Of a stretch of 64,000 nt of DNA, positions 1 to 12,160 are shown piece after piece. Position numbers and translations under genes: made by a program. Numbering within the stretch: position 1 is the stretch's first letter; each line of letters opens with the position of its first letter. Origin of the DNA: Cenococcum geophilum (Eukaryota); contig CP158635.1 in assembly GCA_050273025.1 (NCBI GenBank), positions 29,388,001 to 29,452,000 on the forward strand. Direction: 5' to 3'. Below the pieces are notes generated by a model. It saw nothing but the letters and a program-made list of their open reading frames with translations. It made no database searches and was not told the origin of the DNA.

Positions 1-2589
1 TGTTTGGAGTCTAATAATACTAAGGCCGTTTAATGGGCTGTATAGGAGGCAGGGGTTATAGGTCGACTGTTTTATTTTAAGTTTACTAATATAGTACTAG
101 TAGTATATTTTAAACTAATAGTTTCTGGCTTCTAGTACTCTATAAAGAGGTTTTATAACCTATAAAATTGTTCCTAGTTATAGGTTAAGCTTATAGGGTG
201 GTTGTATAAAGATATTCCTACTTAGGTAGGTATTAGACTACACGTAGGCTTATAAGATATCCCGTAAGTAAAGGGCTACGGATTTGGTTTGCTGTAGTCT
301 AGGTATAAGTGTAAGTATAATCCATTAACTAACCCGTTAAATTATAGGTAATTATGTAAGGACTAGGTTCTTTTCCTAGTTATTATAAGCTTATATAATA
401 AGCCTTAATTTTTTAAAGGCTTTATTAGTACTAGGGTGCTTAATCTTATTAATAAAGCGTAAGTTAAATATACGGATGCCTTACGGAACGTCTCTCTTTA
501 TTATAATTACAAAGATATCCTTTTTAAGTAGTCTGTTAATCTCTTTACGCCGTAAGTTTATAAAAGGGGTTTCCTATACTAGAACTAATATATCTATAGG
601 CGGAGATTGCTTTACGGATATGCCTATAGAGGTTAGGTAGTTCTCCATTACGAGATTCTTATAGGGGCGTCCTCGGCCACGCTTTATGGTAGGTTTAGTA
701 GGTTTAGTAGGTTTCTAGGGGACCTCTAGGGTAGGCAAGGGTGCCTTTAGTTTATTTAATTCGGCAGTTATTTCTAATTCGTCTAGTTTGGCGGTTGCTT
801 CTAGTTTATCTAGCTTAATATTATAGGTGTTTTCGGGCTAAAAGTAGGGTTTTACGGACGTGCTTCTAAAGCTAGTTGGCCCGCTAGGAAGCTACACGCA
901 GCATATCTCGTTTTCTACGGCTAGTAGACAGTAAGGTCCATTCTAACTACCGCTTTTACGCTATATAAGGACTTTAGAGTTAAGCGGGAGGTTATATACT
1001 AAGGTTATATTAGGTCCGTTGCGGTAGTATAGGGCGTTATTAATAGTTTATTTAGCCCATAATTTAACTATTTCGGCTATTACCTTCTATATTATAGCTG
1101 CTTATTCTATAATAGACGGGGCAGGGGGGCCTAGGTTGCTTATCCTTAGGTAAGCTCCGTAAACTAAGAGGGTAGGTACTAGTCCGTTAGGGCTAGCAGT
1201 GTTATTAATGGCTTTTACGGCCATTTATAAAGCTAGTTCCTTTTAGATATTCTTATACTTATCCGTAATAATCTAATAAGCTCTTTATAGAGCTAGGTAA
1301 GCTCGCTTAATAAGCCCGACAGACTAATACGCCTTAACTAGAATAGCTTTTGTTAATATAGCCATGGCTATAGCATACTGCTGGAATTTCTTACTAATGA
1401 AGTTCCTACCAGCGTCGTAGGTAATATACTTAGGAGGTCTAACGTACGTATTAATCTAGTAGGTCCGTAAAATATCCTAAGTATGCTTTATAGATATATT
1501 TTACAACTAACAGGCGGCTTAGTAGTGGGTTACCTCGTTAATTATATGTAATACTAGGCTGCTGTTAATGTATATAATATCTACGTATACTAAGTAGTTA
1601 AAGTTAAGGTCCTTATAAAGGGTGAACTTAAATCGGCCTAGGGAACATCCGTATTTCTAGCAAAAGGAGCAGTATTTGGTTAGGTAATTAACTGCCTTTT
1701 TATTAACATTGTCGTGTCTAGAGCGTTTAAGGACTCTATATAGCTTTTCGGCTAATAGGTAGCCGAAACAGTGGTATAGACGGTAGATCTCTATACTGGT
1801 AAGGTAGCACGGGTTATAGTTAAAAGATTCCTTTTTTTATTTTTATTTTTTTATATCCGATTGTATTATACTACGTATAATACTGCGCATGCAGCCTCTA
1901 GGCTATGGCGCTATAGTTCTATATACATAAATCCTTTCTAGGCAGCTTAACATGTACTAGTAGCTAAGTGGACACTCTGGCCCGGTTTTAAAATGCTAGG
2001 GGAGCTCTAGCGACTGGTGTTTTTTCGTCCTGGTATTTTGCTCACTATGGTCTAGTTTACACCAAGAAAATCGCACTAAGGAAATCCTGGCTCTTTTATC
2101 TATTTCTGCCGTATTCTGCCGTTCCTAGAGTAGAAAAAGCGCTCTAAAAGATAGATTTTTAACGTAGTTTTGCATATAAGAAATAAGAGAAACCATATAG
2201 CTTACTAGCTTGAAAGTAGCTACCAATTACCCCTATATGACTGTTTTATTCTGTACCCTATTCCTCCTCCTTGCTAAAGAAATGGGTAGGGAATTAGTAA
2301 TTAGTAGGTACTCTCCCTAAAAGTAACCTACTAATAGTATTTTATAAGGGCGAACCTCGTTACATAAACCCACTCCCATAGGAAAATTTTCACGAGGTTG
2401 TCTGTATAGGGTATAAACACCAATTCGCCTATACACCTTATATTTAACGTGCTAATGGTAACACGGGCCGGTCCCCTTCCCCTATCCCCTACTATAGCTA
2501 CCCTAGCAGTGCATCGTCTGCGGTACGCCTACGGTGCGCCTACGGTACGCCTGCGGTCCTCTATAGTTTGATTGCCTATAGCGCGACAG

Positions 2590-3182
2590 CCGTAGACCGG
2601 TTGTAGTAGAGGTCGTCTACAGTATAACGGCTGTAGACTGGTTGTAGGAGGTTGTCTACTCTACAGCAGACTGGTTGTAGAGGAGGTCGTCTGCCTTGCA
2701 GCAGACTGGTTGTAGAGGAGGTCGTCTGCCCTGCGGCAGACAGTTGTAGAGGAGGTCGTCTGCCCTGCGGCAGACAGTTATAGAGGAGGTCGTCTGCCCT
2801 GCGGCAGACAGTTATAGAGGAGGTCGTCTGCCCTGCGGCAGACAGTTGTAGAAGAGGTCGTCTGCCCTGCGGCAGACAGGTTGTAGAAGAGGTCGTCTGC
2901 CCTGCGGCAGACAGGTTGTAGAAGAGGTCGTCTGCCCTACGGCAGACAGTTGTAGGGGTCGTCTGCCCTGCGGCAGACAGTTGTAGAAGGGGTCGTCTGC
3001 CCTGCGGCAGACAGTTGTAGAAGGGGTCGTCTGCTCTGCGGCAGACAGTTGTAGAAGGGGTCGTCTGCTCTGCGGCAGACAGTTGTAGAAGGGGTCGTCT
3101 GCTCTGTGGCAGACAGTTGTAGAAGGGGTCGTCTGCCCTGCGGCAGACAGTTGTAGAAGGGGTCGTCTGCTCTGTGGCAGAC
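2590..3182. repeat. Tandem array of ~33-35 bp units, each with a 7-bp-stem hairpin (GTCTGCC-ctgc-GGCAGAC)
   Basis: Unit GTCGTCTGCCCTGCGGCAGACAGTTGTAGAAGRG; about 14-15 well-conserved copies plus degenerate copies at the left edge. Confidence 0.95.
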
Positions 3183-3268
3183 TAGTTGTGGTGGAATCGT
3201 TGGTTGTGGTAGCTAGCGTCGTGGTGACGTGTCTTCAGGGGGTATACAACCGGCGGCACCCTTGCGAC

Positions 3269-3483
3269 GACGGACGGAGGAGCAAAGGGGAGGCGGCGGA
3301 CGGAGGAGCAAAGGGGAGGCGGCGGACGGAGGAGCAAAGGGGAGGCGGCGGACGGAGGAGCAAAGGGGAGGCGGCGGACGGAGGAGCAAAGGGGAGGCGG
3401 CGGACGGAGGAGCAAAGGGGAGGCGACGGACGGAGGAGCAAAGGGGAGGCGACGGACGGAGGAGCAAAGGGGAGGCGACGGAC
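3269..3483. repeat. Tandem array of 26-bp units, about 8 copies
   Basis: Unit GRCGGACGGAGGAGCAAAGGGGAGGC; accounts for the five overlapping ORF calls at 3182-3498. Confidence 0.95.
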
Positions 3484-6046
3484 TTAAAAGATTCCTAAAT
3501 GTAGGTCTATAAAGTCTCTCCCTATATAAGGAACGGGTGTCTAAATTATTGTGTAATTAGTAGGGTAATATGCTTGCTTCCTGGGGCAGTTACGGGGCCG
3601 ATTAAGGTGTCTATAATATTGTTATAGTAAACCTATAACCTATCCATGTCCGTAAGGTAAAGTAAGAAAGGAGTGTCTATTTTTACTATGTGGAAGTTAA
3701 CTAGGCTAATTAGGGTCTTAACTATAACTGATTTAATTAATGTAGTTAAGCTAATGCTAAATTGGACGTTTATGGCCCTAGTTTGCGTAATATTAATGTC
3801 CGTATTGTTATTTGCGGTGGTCCTATATACGAGGTATTGTCTATAGCCTGCAGTAGACTTCTTAGAGGCGCCTATATCAATTATAACACTGTAGAATTCC
3901 TTAGGGGTATAGCGTTCTGTGGTAATATATATAAATAAGTCCTGCTTATAATCTATAACGTCTATAATAAGGGTGCTTATGGAATAGTTTTTGGGCGTAA
4001 TTAAGTATATAAAGGAACGGTCGGCTAATACGGTCGTAATATTAAAGGCTTAGCTGTTTATAAAAGGTCTAAAAGTAGTTAGAAATGTCTCTGGGGTCTC
4101 CTATTTTTAATTATTTAGGTTAAAGTTAATTATAAGGGCTTCTATTAACTTATTAGGGGGCTCCTCTTCTTCCTCTCCTTTATATTCTAAGATAAACTGG
4201 CTAATCTATTTATTAAATCTCTTCTTAGACCTATTATGTTCTTCCTAGGTATACCTTATAGACTAATATCCTTCCTTACCACATATAAAGCATTTCTGGC
4301 TTATTTGTTTACGGGGGTATGCTTTTATACGGGAGTTGCTATAGGGGTTATAGGTGGGACTTGGTCGGTATAGGTGCTGCTAGCGGTAATAGCGGTCCGT
4401 AAAGTGGACGTCTAAGTCTATCTGCGGATATTAAATATCTGTAGCGAAGGCTTAAGTGCTACCTAGTGGGTTTAAGACTTTATATATTATAATAGAGGAG
4501 CGTAGGTCATTAATAAGGCTAGCTAAGGTATCTGTAGGCTTATAATAGGCGTACTTATAGGGCTTTACTTCCTGGCAAGCCGTAATAAGTTTATTATATA
4601 GGAAGTTGTCTGTTTAAAGCTTAGTATTAAGGCTGTACTATAGGTGCCGGAGGTCTTTAATAAGGATTTGCAGACACTCTATAGTCGATTTTTTGGTATT
4701 CTTGTTAATTACAGTCCGTAGCTTAGTTGCATTCTATTAGGTAAGGATATTACGCCTATATTCTAGTCCTTTAAAGTAGTTACGGGTAGCTTTATATAGC
4801 TTATTAAAGGGGACACTAAGGGGGTTACTCTTAAGGTTAGTATAGTAGTGGTTAAGTGCTAGGCCGCATAGTATAGTAAAGTAGGCTTAGCTGAACTCTT
4901 ATTTAGGAATGTTAGCCTTCTAGTAGAGGTCCGTAAAGATAGTTAGTTTAAAGTTAAAATTATTATTTTCACCGCTGTACTTAGATTTGTTAGTATAGAG
5001 CTTAGCTAGGTTAACTAGCTCCTTACTATAAGTCTTTACTTAGGTGGGTTGTGGATCTGTAACTTATAAATCTATAGCTTGCAGATATATAGCCCGCGGA
5101 TCTATAACTTAAATAGCGGGGGTAATTTAGTCTGTATTTTGGTTTATAGGGGTATTGTAATCTATAACTTAAGAGTAGGGTATATTTTGGCTAATAAGGT
5201 TAAGTCTAAAGCCGCTTAGGTTTATGGGACGAATTTGGTTAAGTGGGTTAGGTATAAGGCTAGTAATTATATTAAGTTTGGAAGAAGTAAAGAGTTCTTT
5301 AGTTTCTTAGAACTGGTCTAGGATTTCCTCTTTAGTCTATTCCGTTTAGTCCTTCTTATATATTGTGTTATATAAGGACTATATAATAGTGACTTATTTA
5401 TTCCTTTTAACCCATATACTTTGGTTACGTAAAAGGGTTTATAGTTTACGGATAGTAATAGGGTTATAGGCCTTAAGAATAGCTTCCGTAAAGTCCGCAA
5501 AGTCTTCCTAGTATTACTCCTATAGGTCGTTATTTATAAGCTTAAAGTGTTTATATTTAAGGATTTTAAAACTAATATAGTTGTTAATGTTGTTTATAGA
5601 CGTAACGCTAACTCCTTATCTTTACTTCTTTTAACCTTCGCTAACTTGCTTGCTGATGTCTGCTATAATATAGTGTAGTATAGTGCGTAGCGGGTGGTAG
5701 CAGCTTGTAATAGGTAGGGGAGGTCTTATAACGGTCCGTAAAATCAATTAACGGGTCCGTAATAGTTTGTAGGAGGGTAGGGGGTTTCTATAAAAGGTCC
5801 GAAGAGGTTTAAGGTTTAAGGGGGTTAAGGATAGGGGTTCCGTATAGGTCTATATTCGCGTCTATAACTTCCGGTAAACTATACTAAGACTTAAATAAGT
5901 ATATAGAGTTAGAGATAAGTCCGTAATCCCCAACTTCCGACCTTTTAGTAGGTCGTACTAGGAGTCTAAATAGGTAATTGCTGTCGTGTATATTGCTTAG
6001 GGGGAGGTATCAAGTGATTGCTAATCTATGCGCGCTTACTAATCAG

Positions 6047-6297
6047 TGTTTATACTAACTTAATAGTATAAGTAAGTTATATCCACGGGCACGAAATATA
6101 TATAGTATTGTATACTTGTTTAGATAGTAACTATTGATTATATAAAGCAGACTACGTGGTCTATATACTAATGCACCTCCCCCTTAATTAGTTAGTGCTT
6201 TATAAGTGCACTAGACGCGTAAGCGAGTGGTTGGTGCACTAAACGCGTAAACGCGTACCTGGTGTACCAAACGCGTAAGCAAGCGTTTGGTATAATA
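6047..6297 (-). repeat. Probable 5' LTR of Copia A
   Basis: Starts TGTT immediately after the CTGATCAG-like site and ends ...TATAATA (RIP form of ...AACA). The partner LTR is outside the window, so the right boundary is inferred. Confidence 0.55.
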
Positions 6298-7318
6298 GGT
6301 GCTATAATTATATAGAATAAGATAGCCGGGTTAATCTATATAGCAATCTTATAAGTTAAGAAGCTTTTAGGGCTTATATTTAAACGTAGGTTTAATATAG
6401 AACAATTTTAGTTATCTATAAGTAAGACTAAAGAGGTATAATAAGAAGATTTTATATAAAGGTAGTAGCAACTACTTATAAATGACTTTTCCTAAATAGT
6501 AAATTATATACTAGCTTAGAGGTAAGCGGAGAATGCGGCATTTGTCTTAGTTTCCTAACTTTTAAATAGCTTAACTACGAAATCCAATTTTCTAAATTTT
6601 AACCCCCCTATCCGTCCTACCTTCTTACCGCTTCTAAGGCTGTTTAATATACATACAGTAGTATATAGGGAGAATTGGCAGTATTGCTGGATTAATATTG
6701 CTGCTATCTATAGCGTTGATCGATTTTTGGAATTTTTTAATTTTTTTTAAAGGGCAGAAATGTCGCTTATATAAGGAGTTACGTGACCTCTAAGAATGCA
6801 ATGATTCCTAACTAAGAACCCTATTTCTAGTTATATAGCCTTACTTAGTTACCCTAGCGGCTATATAAGGTGTTTAATATATATTTAGTAAAGCCCTCTA
6901 TAAGCACGCTTAGCTATACCTCTCATATTAATAAAATCGGTAAGGGGTAGTTGATTTTTTTTGTCCTTTTTCCCTAATCAATTTTTGATTTTTAACTATG
7001 CTAACTAATTCTATTACGTGACGCTACTTAGGACCGCATATTAGCAGCTACAACTTCTCTATACTATAGTTAAGATTTTATATATACCGCACCTAGAGCT
7101 GCTTAAAATAACTATTACCTATAGATCTGCCGATTTATAAATTAAAAATTAGACGTAGTTAGAGCTGTTAGTAGGGGTTATTAATCGCGCTCCCTATAAT
7201 AAAATCTAACTAACGAATAAACTAATAAATTAAATTAAAAGTTCGGAACGTCTAAATAAGGTTCTGTTAAGACGCTAGCTGGACCCTAACCTAGACCCTT
7301 TTTAACCTATTAAATTCT

Positions 7319-7488
7319 TGTCGGTATACTCGCTTTATTAACATGCACAAATATTACTTATAGTGGTACGTATGCGGTGTTGAAGTTAGTAGTTAATTAT
7401 TGTCTAGAAGTTAGGGGTTGCTCCGAGTTAGATTAGCTAGTCTCGCCTTGTAGTCTTGTAACTACATTACGTAATTAACGTTTCGACA
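7319..7488 (-). repeat. 3' LTR of Copia B
   Basis: TG...CA ends; matches 24973-25142 with transition differences. Confidence 0.95.
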
Positions 7489-8463
7489 CTAGAGCAACTC
7501 TAAAAAGAAGGCTAATCTATACTCTAAAGTTAAGTCTACTTTTAAACTATTTATAGCGTATACGTAATAACTAGCTCTTCTATCTATAATATATAATAGC
7601 TCCACCTTTAATCCTAGAGCGCGCCACCTATTAGATTCTGCTATACCGTTAAACTAGCTAATTAGGATTTTCCATCCCCGGGATAGAAAATCGCTATTAG
7701 CTCGCCTATAAATCCGAATCCGTTCGTTTAACCTACCCTACGGCCCATAATTCGACTTAATTCATGTTAATAAGCCGTAATAGTGCCGTATAAGGCTTGC
7801 CCTTTATTATAGCGTCCGCAGGGTTAGTATCTCTATTAATCTACTTAACTTTGGTAATCTGTCTTTGTTTATAAGCTTAGCGAAGGCATATTATATCAAT
7901 TATTAAGCGTTTCTCTTATATAGTTTCTAGTCGGACGAGATAGTTATATAAGGACTTTAAGTTAGTATAGAGAATAAGTGGTAAGTTAACCTATAAGACC
8001 TTATCTAGCGTAGATTTAATTATAGCGCCTATGTTAAAACTATGCGCTATACTGTATAGCTCTAAGGCTAATACACTCCTAGTAACTCTTTTATACTTAA
8101 TTAAGGACCAGTGGATAATATTTGCCTTATTTAAGGCGTCTGCTAGTATAAGTATATAGCCAATTTGCGAAGATAGGTCCTTATTATTGGCGAAGAAAGC
8201 GTCCGTAAATACTAGGAGTTATAAGGTATTAATATCTAGCTTAATAAACTTTAGGCCTCTATTTACGTCTTAATCTACTAGCTTAATTACTTATTAAGAC
8301 TCTTTATATCGTCTTTAACTAGGTTAACTACTTAAGTAGTAAAGGATAGGTTATATAAGGCCTTTAGCTAACAGACTAAGGCGATATAGGCTCCTTTAGC
8401 GCGTTAAGTAATATACTAGTCCTTTAGCGTAAGTAGGTTACGCGTAACTCCTCTAGAGCTAGT

Positions 8464-11400
8464 TGTCAGATAATCTGTATTCTCTAAGGCGTGGGACACG
8501 TGCACGAGTCACGTGCACGGGGCACGTATATTGTAAATTTCTTTATAGAGCCCCAGGGACCCTAGGTTAAGACATTGACATCAATTAACAATTAAGTCAA
8601 GATCATCAATTAATCAACCCATTTCATCAATAAATAGCTCTATATGAGTTATCTGACAGTTATAAGCCCGGTCCGCCGACTTAAGAAGCTATTCAGCTAT
8701 TACTTAATCATTTAAAGAAATTCTGCCTTATCGTTAGACTCTAACACCTCGTTAAAGGACGCAGACTCTAACAGAAATCCTACCTTAATTGTTACAGGAC
8801 AAGATTCCACGAGATTTTACGAGATTCTACGAGATTCGACCTTATCGTTACAGGACGATCCTGATGAGAGATTTAACCTTATCGTCAAAGGACGATTCTG
8901 ACACGGGATTTCTTGAGATTCTATGAGATTCCACCTTAATTGTCCTAGGACGATCCCAATGATAAGGACGATCCTGACGATAAGGACGATCCTAACGACA
9001 AAATACTATCTTAATTCCTCCTTTACCTATTAGTTAAATAACTCTACTAACATTAAGTTTGTTAATAACGATCATCCTTAATAAGCTAGAAGACTAAAAG
9101 CAATGGCTATAGCAACTATAAGCCCTTGCGGATTAGCAAATTTGGGCCTATGTTAACCCAAACAATGCAGCACCTTAATAAGGTCTACTTTAAGAACTAG
9201 CTTATCTAAAAGTTACAGATTTTAATAAGGACGCAACCTTATATATATAGCTTTCGACAAATTAATAGAAAGCGTATAAGAATAGTAGATAATACTATAA
9301 CTAGGACATAAAGTATTTCCTAAAATAAGAAGAGCACCTTTAAAAGATCCGCACCTAAATCACATCTATAGTATCGATTTAGAAGAAGCTACTGCTTAAC
9401 CCTTCCTTAATAGTTAAAGAATGGCTATCTCGGCTAAAGGAGAATATAGAACCTACCTTATTGTTTATTAGGAAGAAGGTACAATACCAGTATATAAAAG
9501 CCCTTAAGGGGTTTAAATAGTTATTAAAATTAAACTAATGGCTAGATTAATAGGAACACGTAATATCCCTAGGAGAGAAGTATAAGATCCCTTAAATGTC
9601 TAATAAAATCTAGCTTTAAAATTTAGTAAAAGTTATTTAACCTTTTAGCGACGCCTATTATATAAAGTATACTACTAAGTTAAATAACCCTTAGAAGTTA
9701 AGATCTTCTAAATACCGTAGAGTAGTAAAGAAGCTATAAGAAGGACTTAGAACACCCTTAAAGAAAGCTAATGCTACTATAAGAGGGAGTACCTTTAACG
9801 CAGACTTTACAGAGTAAGCTATTAAGGATTACTCTAATACTACTAAAGGTTTATAAAGAGGAAAGGCCTTAGTATATAAGAGCCGCTTAAAGAGAGCTGG
9901 AATACTAGTGGATAAGGAGACGTCCTATAAGAAGCTAATACCTAAGTACCTAGTATGCGGAATAAGAGGACACTCTATTCGGGACTGTTAGTATTTATTT
10001 AAAGATAAGAGACCTATAAAAGTTATAATCGGAGATACTTGTATTAAAAAGGTATTAAGGAAGGTAGAATAGAATAAGGATCTTACTAATCTAGTTACCA
10101 AAATTAGACGTAAATAAGAAGACGAAGCTTAATAACAACAAGATAAAAGTAAGGAAATCCTACGTCTTAAGGACGTTGCCTTTTATACAGACTTTATAAA
10201 TCTAGTGTTGTTCCGTCTACTTTAAAAATAAGAGTACTACTAAGACAACAAAAGATGATATAATCTTATGCTAAATGGAAGAACGCTATAAATAATAGAC
10301 TATTAAAATATGTCTAACTAGGGAGTCTATTAGCGTTTAATATAAGCTAACTACTACGCCGCTAACGGAAGCGTAAAGTATTATTAAGAGATATTTGTTT
10401 AGATGCGAAAGGTAATATATAACTACGGTATCTGCGTCTAGGTTATCCAGGACCTATAAGCCTTTAACATTCTCGCTAAAATTAAGCGTAAGGTCTTATA
10501 AAGGTTCTTGGAATGGAATATTAATAAACCCTATCTTAACCTCCTGACTGGACTAACCTTAAGGAAGCGCTAAGGGGTATATTTAAGCCTTCGGCGCTAT
10601 ATACCTAAGCTTAAAATAATACCGCCAAATGCTTAGGGGGTGTAATTATTAAAAAAGTACATAAAGGGATAGTAGATCCTTAGCTTAATAAGACTTACCT
10701 ATAAGAGCTACTGCATTAGCGAGTACGATATACCGGACCCTAATGGCGATTACCGCAAAATTTAACCTAGAGATGATATAGAAAGATGTAGTTAACGTGT
10801 TTGTCCATTACAATCTTAATAAGGTCGTCTATTAATGACATTATCTTCTGCTATAAAAGACAGATAAGAAGAAAGCTTAAGAAGTAATTAAGGAGCTAAG
10901 TAAGGAATACTAGATAAGTACCCTTAGCGAGCTAAAATAGTTCCTAGGAATTTATATGCTATATAATTGTAGCCAGAGGCTCCTATAGCTATTCTAGGAA
11001 GCCTATATTAAGAAGATAGCTAACTAGTATAAGATAGATCTTATAGGGCGTCTTCTAGACACTCCTATAGCAAAATTGGAACTCCTCCCTACTAATTACT
11101 AATTGATCCGTCTAACGCGTCCGTCCCCTAATATAGATCTACTAGTCCGTCCTATATCCCTACCAAGAGAAGTAGCTTCTACGATACTATATTAGAGACT
11201 AGTACCTATATAGCGCGAGGAGTAGAGTAATTTACTATAGAGGAGATGAGGAAGAAATAAACGGTAAAGGGAGAGATAAAGGAATACGCGATAAAGGACG
11301 AGATGACGGAAGAGACGGTAGAAGTAAAGCGCAATTATTTATCTATATTAGCGACGTATTATTTACGGACAACTCCGTTAATAGAAAGAGCTCGCAAGGA

Positions 11401-12160
11401 TATATTATAAAGCTATTCGGGGGGCTAATCGCCTAAAGAGCAAATAAGTAGGGTACGGTTATGACGTTAAGCTTAAAAGCTAAGTTATTAGTCCTATTAC
11501 AGATAGTAAAGGAAGCTATCTTTATTAGTAGGCTGTTTAAAGTAATAACATTACGCCTAAACGAGCCTTTAATTATTAAATATGACAATATATAGACGCT
11601 CCAACTAATTATGGAAGATATGGTAAAGCTAATTACAAAGCTCTAATATGTTAACATCTATTAATATTAGCTACGTTAGGAATACGCAATAAGACGAGTA
11701 TAATTTTAATAGACAGCGACGAAGGAGATAATTGCTAATGGACTTACGAAGGCCCTGCCTAAGCAGAGGTTTTAAAGCTTTATTAATATAATTAGGATAG
11801 TAGATATTAAGGAGTAGCTAGATAAGAAGAAGCAACTAGAGGACCTAAGGGATAGTATTAGAGCAAGACAGAAGGATTTAGATAAGATTACGGTTTAATT
11901 AACTTATTAACGGATATAAGAAGGTGGCTAGCTTTAACCTTAAAGAGCTTAAAGCTAAGGGGGTATGTTAGATAATCTATATTCTCTAAGGCGTAGGACA
12001 CGTGCACGAGTCACGTATATAGGGCACGTGCATTATAAATTTCTTTATAGAGCCTTAGGGACCCTAGGTCAAGACATTAATATTAATCAACGATCAAGTT
12101 AAGATTATCAATCAATTAACCCATTTTATTAATAAATAGCTCTATATAAGTTATCTGACA
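8464..12160 (+). mobile_element. Internally deleted Ty1/Copia element C (non-GalEa), nested in pol of Copia B
   Basis: 195-bp LTRs at 8464-8658 and 11966-12160; TSD CTAGT at 8459-8463 and 12161-12165; PBS-like GTTATAAGCCC (cf. GGTTATGAGCCC); polypurine tract (PPT) AAGGGGG. Motifs: gag ~9103-10132 with CxxCxxxxHxxxxC ~9947-9990, WHLRLGHPGP ~10425-10455, VDDI ~10830, ELKWFLGI ~10930, MIADGLTKAL ~11728-11757. Only 3.7 kb long. Confidence 0.92.

Larger units (their letters stand above)
1833..3483 (-). mobile_element. Non-autonomous poly(A)-tailed retroposon (SINE-like, probably LINE-mobilised)
   Basis: TSD TTAAAAGATTCC(T) at 1820-1832 and 3484-3496. Interrupted poly(T) at 1832-1852 is a poly(A) tail on the minus strand. 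Removing the insert restores the Copia pol frame (..YIQESFDYNPCYLT..). No RT motif seen. Confidence 0.85.
1..6297 (-). mobile_element. GalEa-type Ty1/Copia LTR retrotransposon A, RIP-inactivated; 3' part lies outside the window; interrupted by a retroposon at 1833-3483
   Basis: RIP-reverted minus-strand motifs: gag zinc knuckle CFICGKEGC (~4270-4295), integrase LHRRFGH (~1760-1785), RT RDISQAYV (~241-263). CTGATTAGT (from CTGATCAGT) at 6038-6046 directly abuts the presumed LTR. Confidence 0.9.

Noticed and set aside
2687..3182. CRISPR-like array of palindromic ~34-bp repeats
   Set aside because: The units are contiguous with no unique spacers, there are no cas genes, and the context is eukaryotic.
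3195..3268. Possible hammerhead ribozyme (CTGAAGA followed by a CGTC/GACG stem, minus strand)
   Set aside because: The required GAAA after stem II is absent and no stem III was found. Worth rechecking only on a family consensus with Infernal.
3182..3498. Five overlapping ORFs in the ORF track
   Set aside because: They are produced by a stop-free 26-bp repeat whose period is not a multiple of three; no protein-like content.
6298..7174. Possible Tc1/mariner-like end (TA-CAGT at ~6655) and possible LTR of the host Copia
   Set aside because: No matching inverted repeat, TSD or transposase motif could be found; left unannotated.
8720..9000. CTGATGAG inside degenerate repeats, suggesting a hammerhead or retrozyme
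   Set aside because: No GAAA core or consistent helices; better explained as 5' UTR repeats of Copia C.
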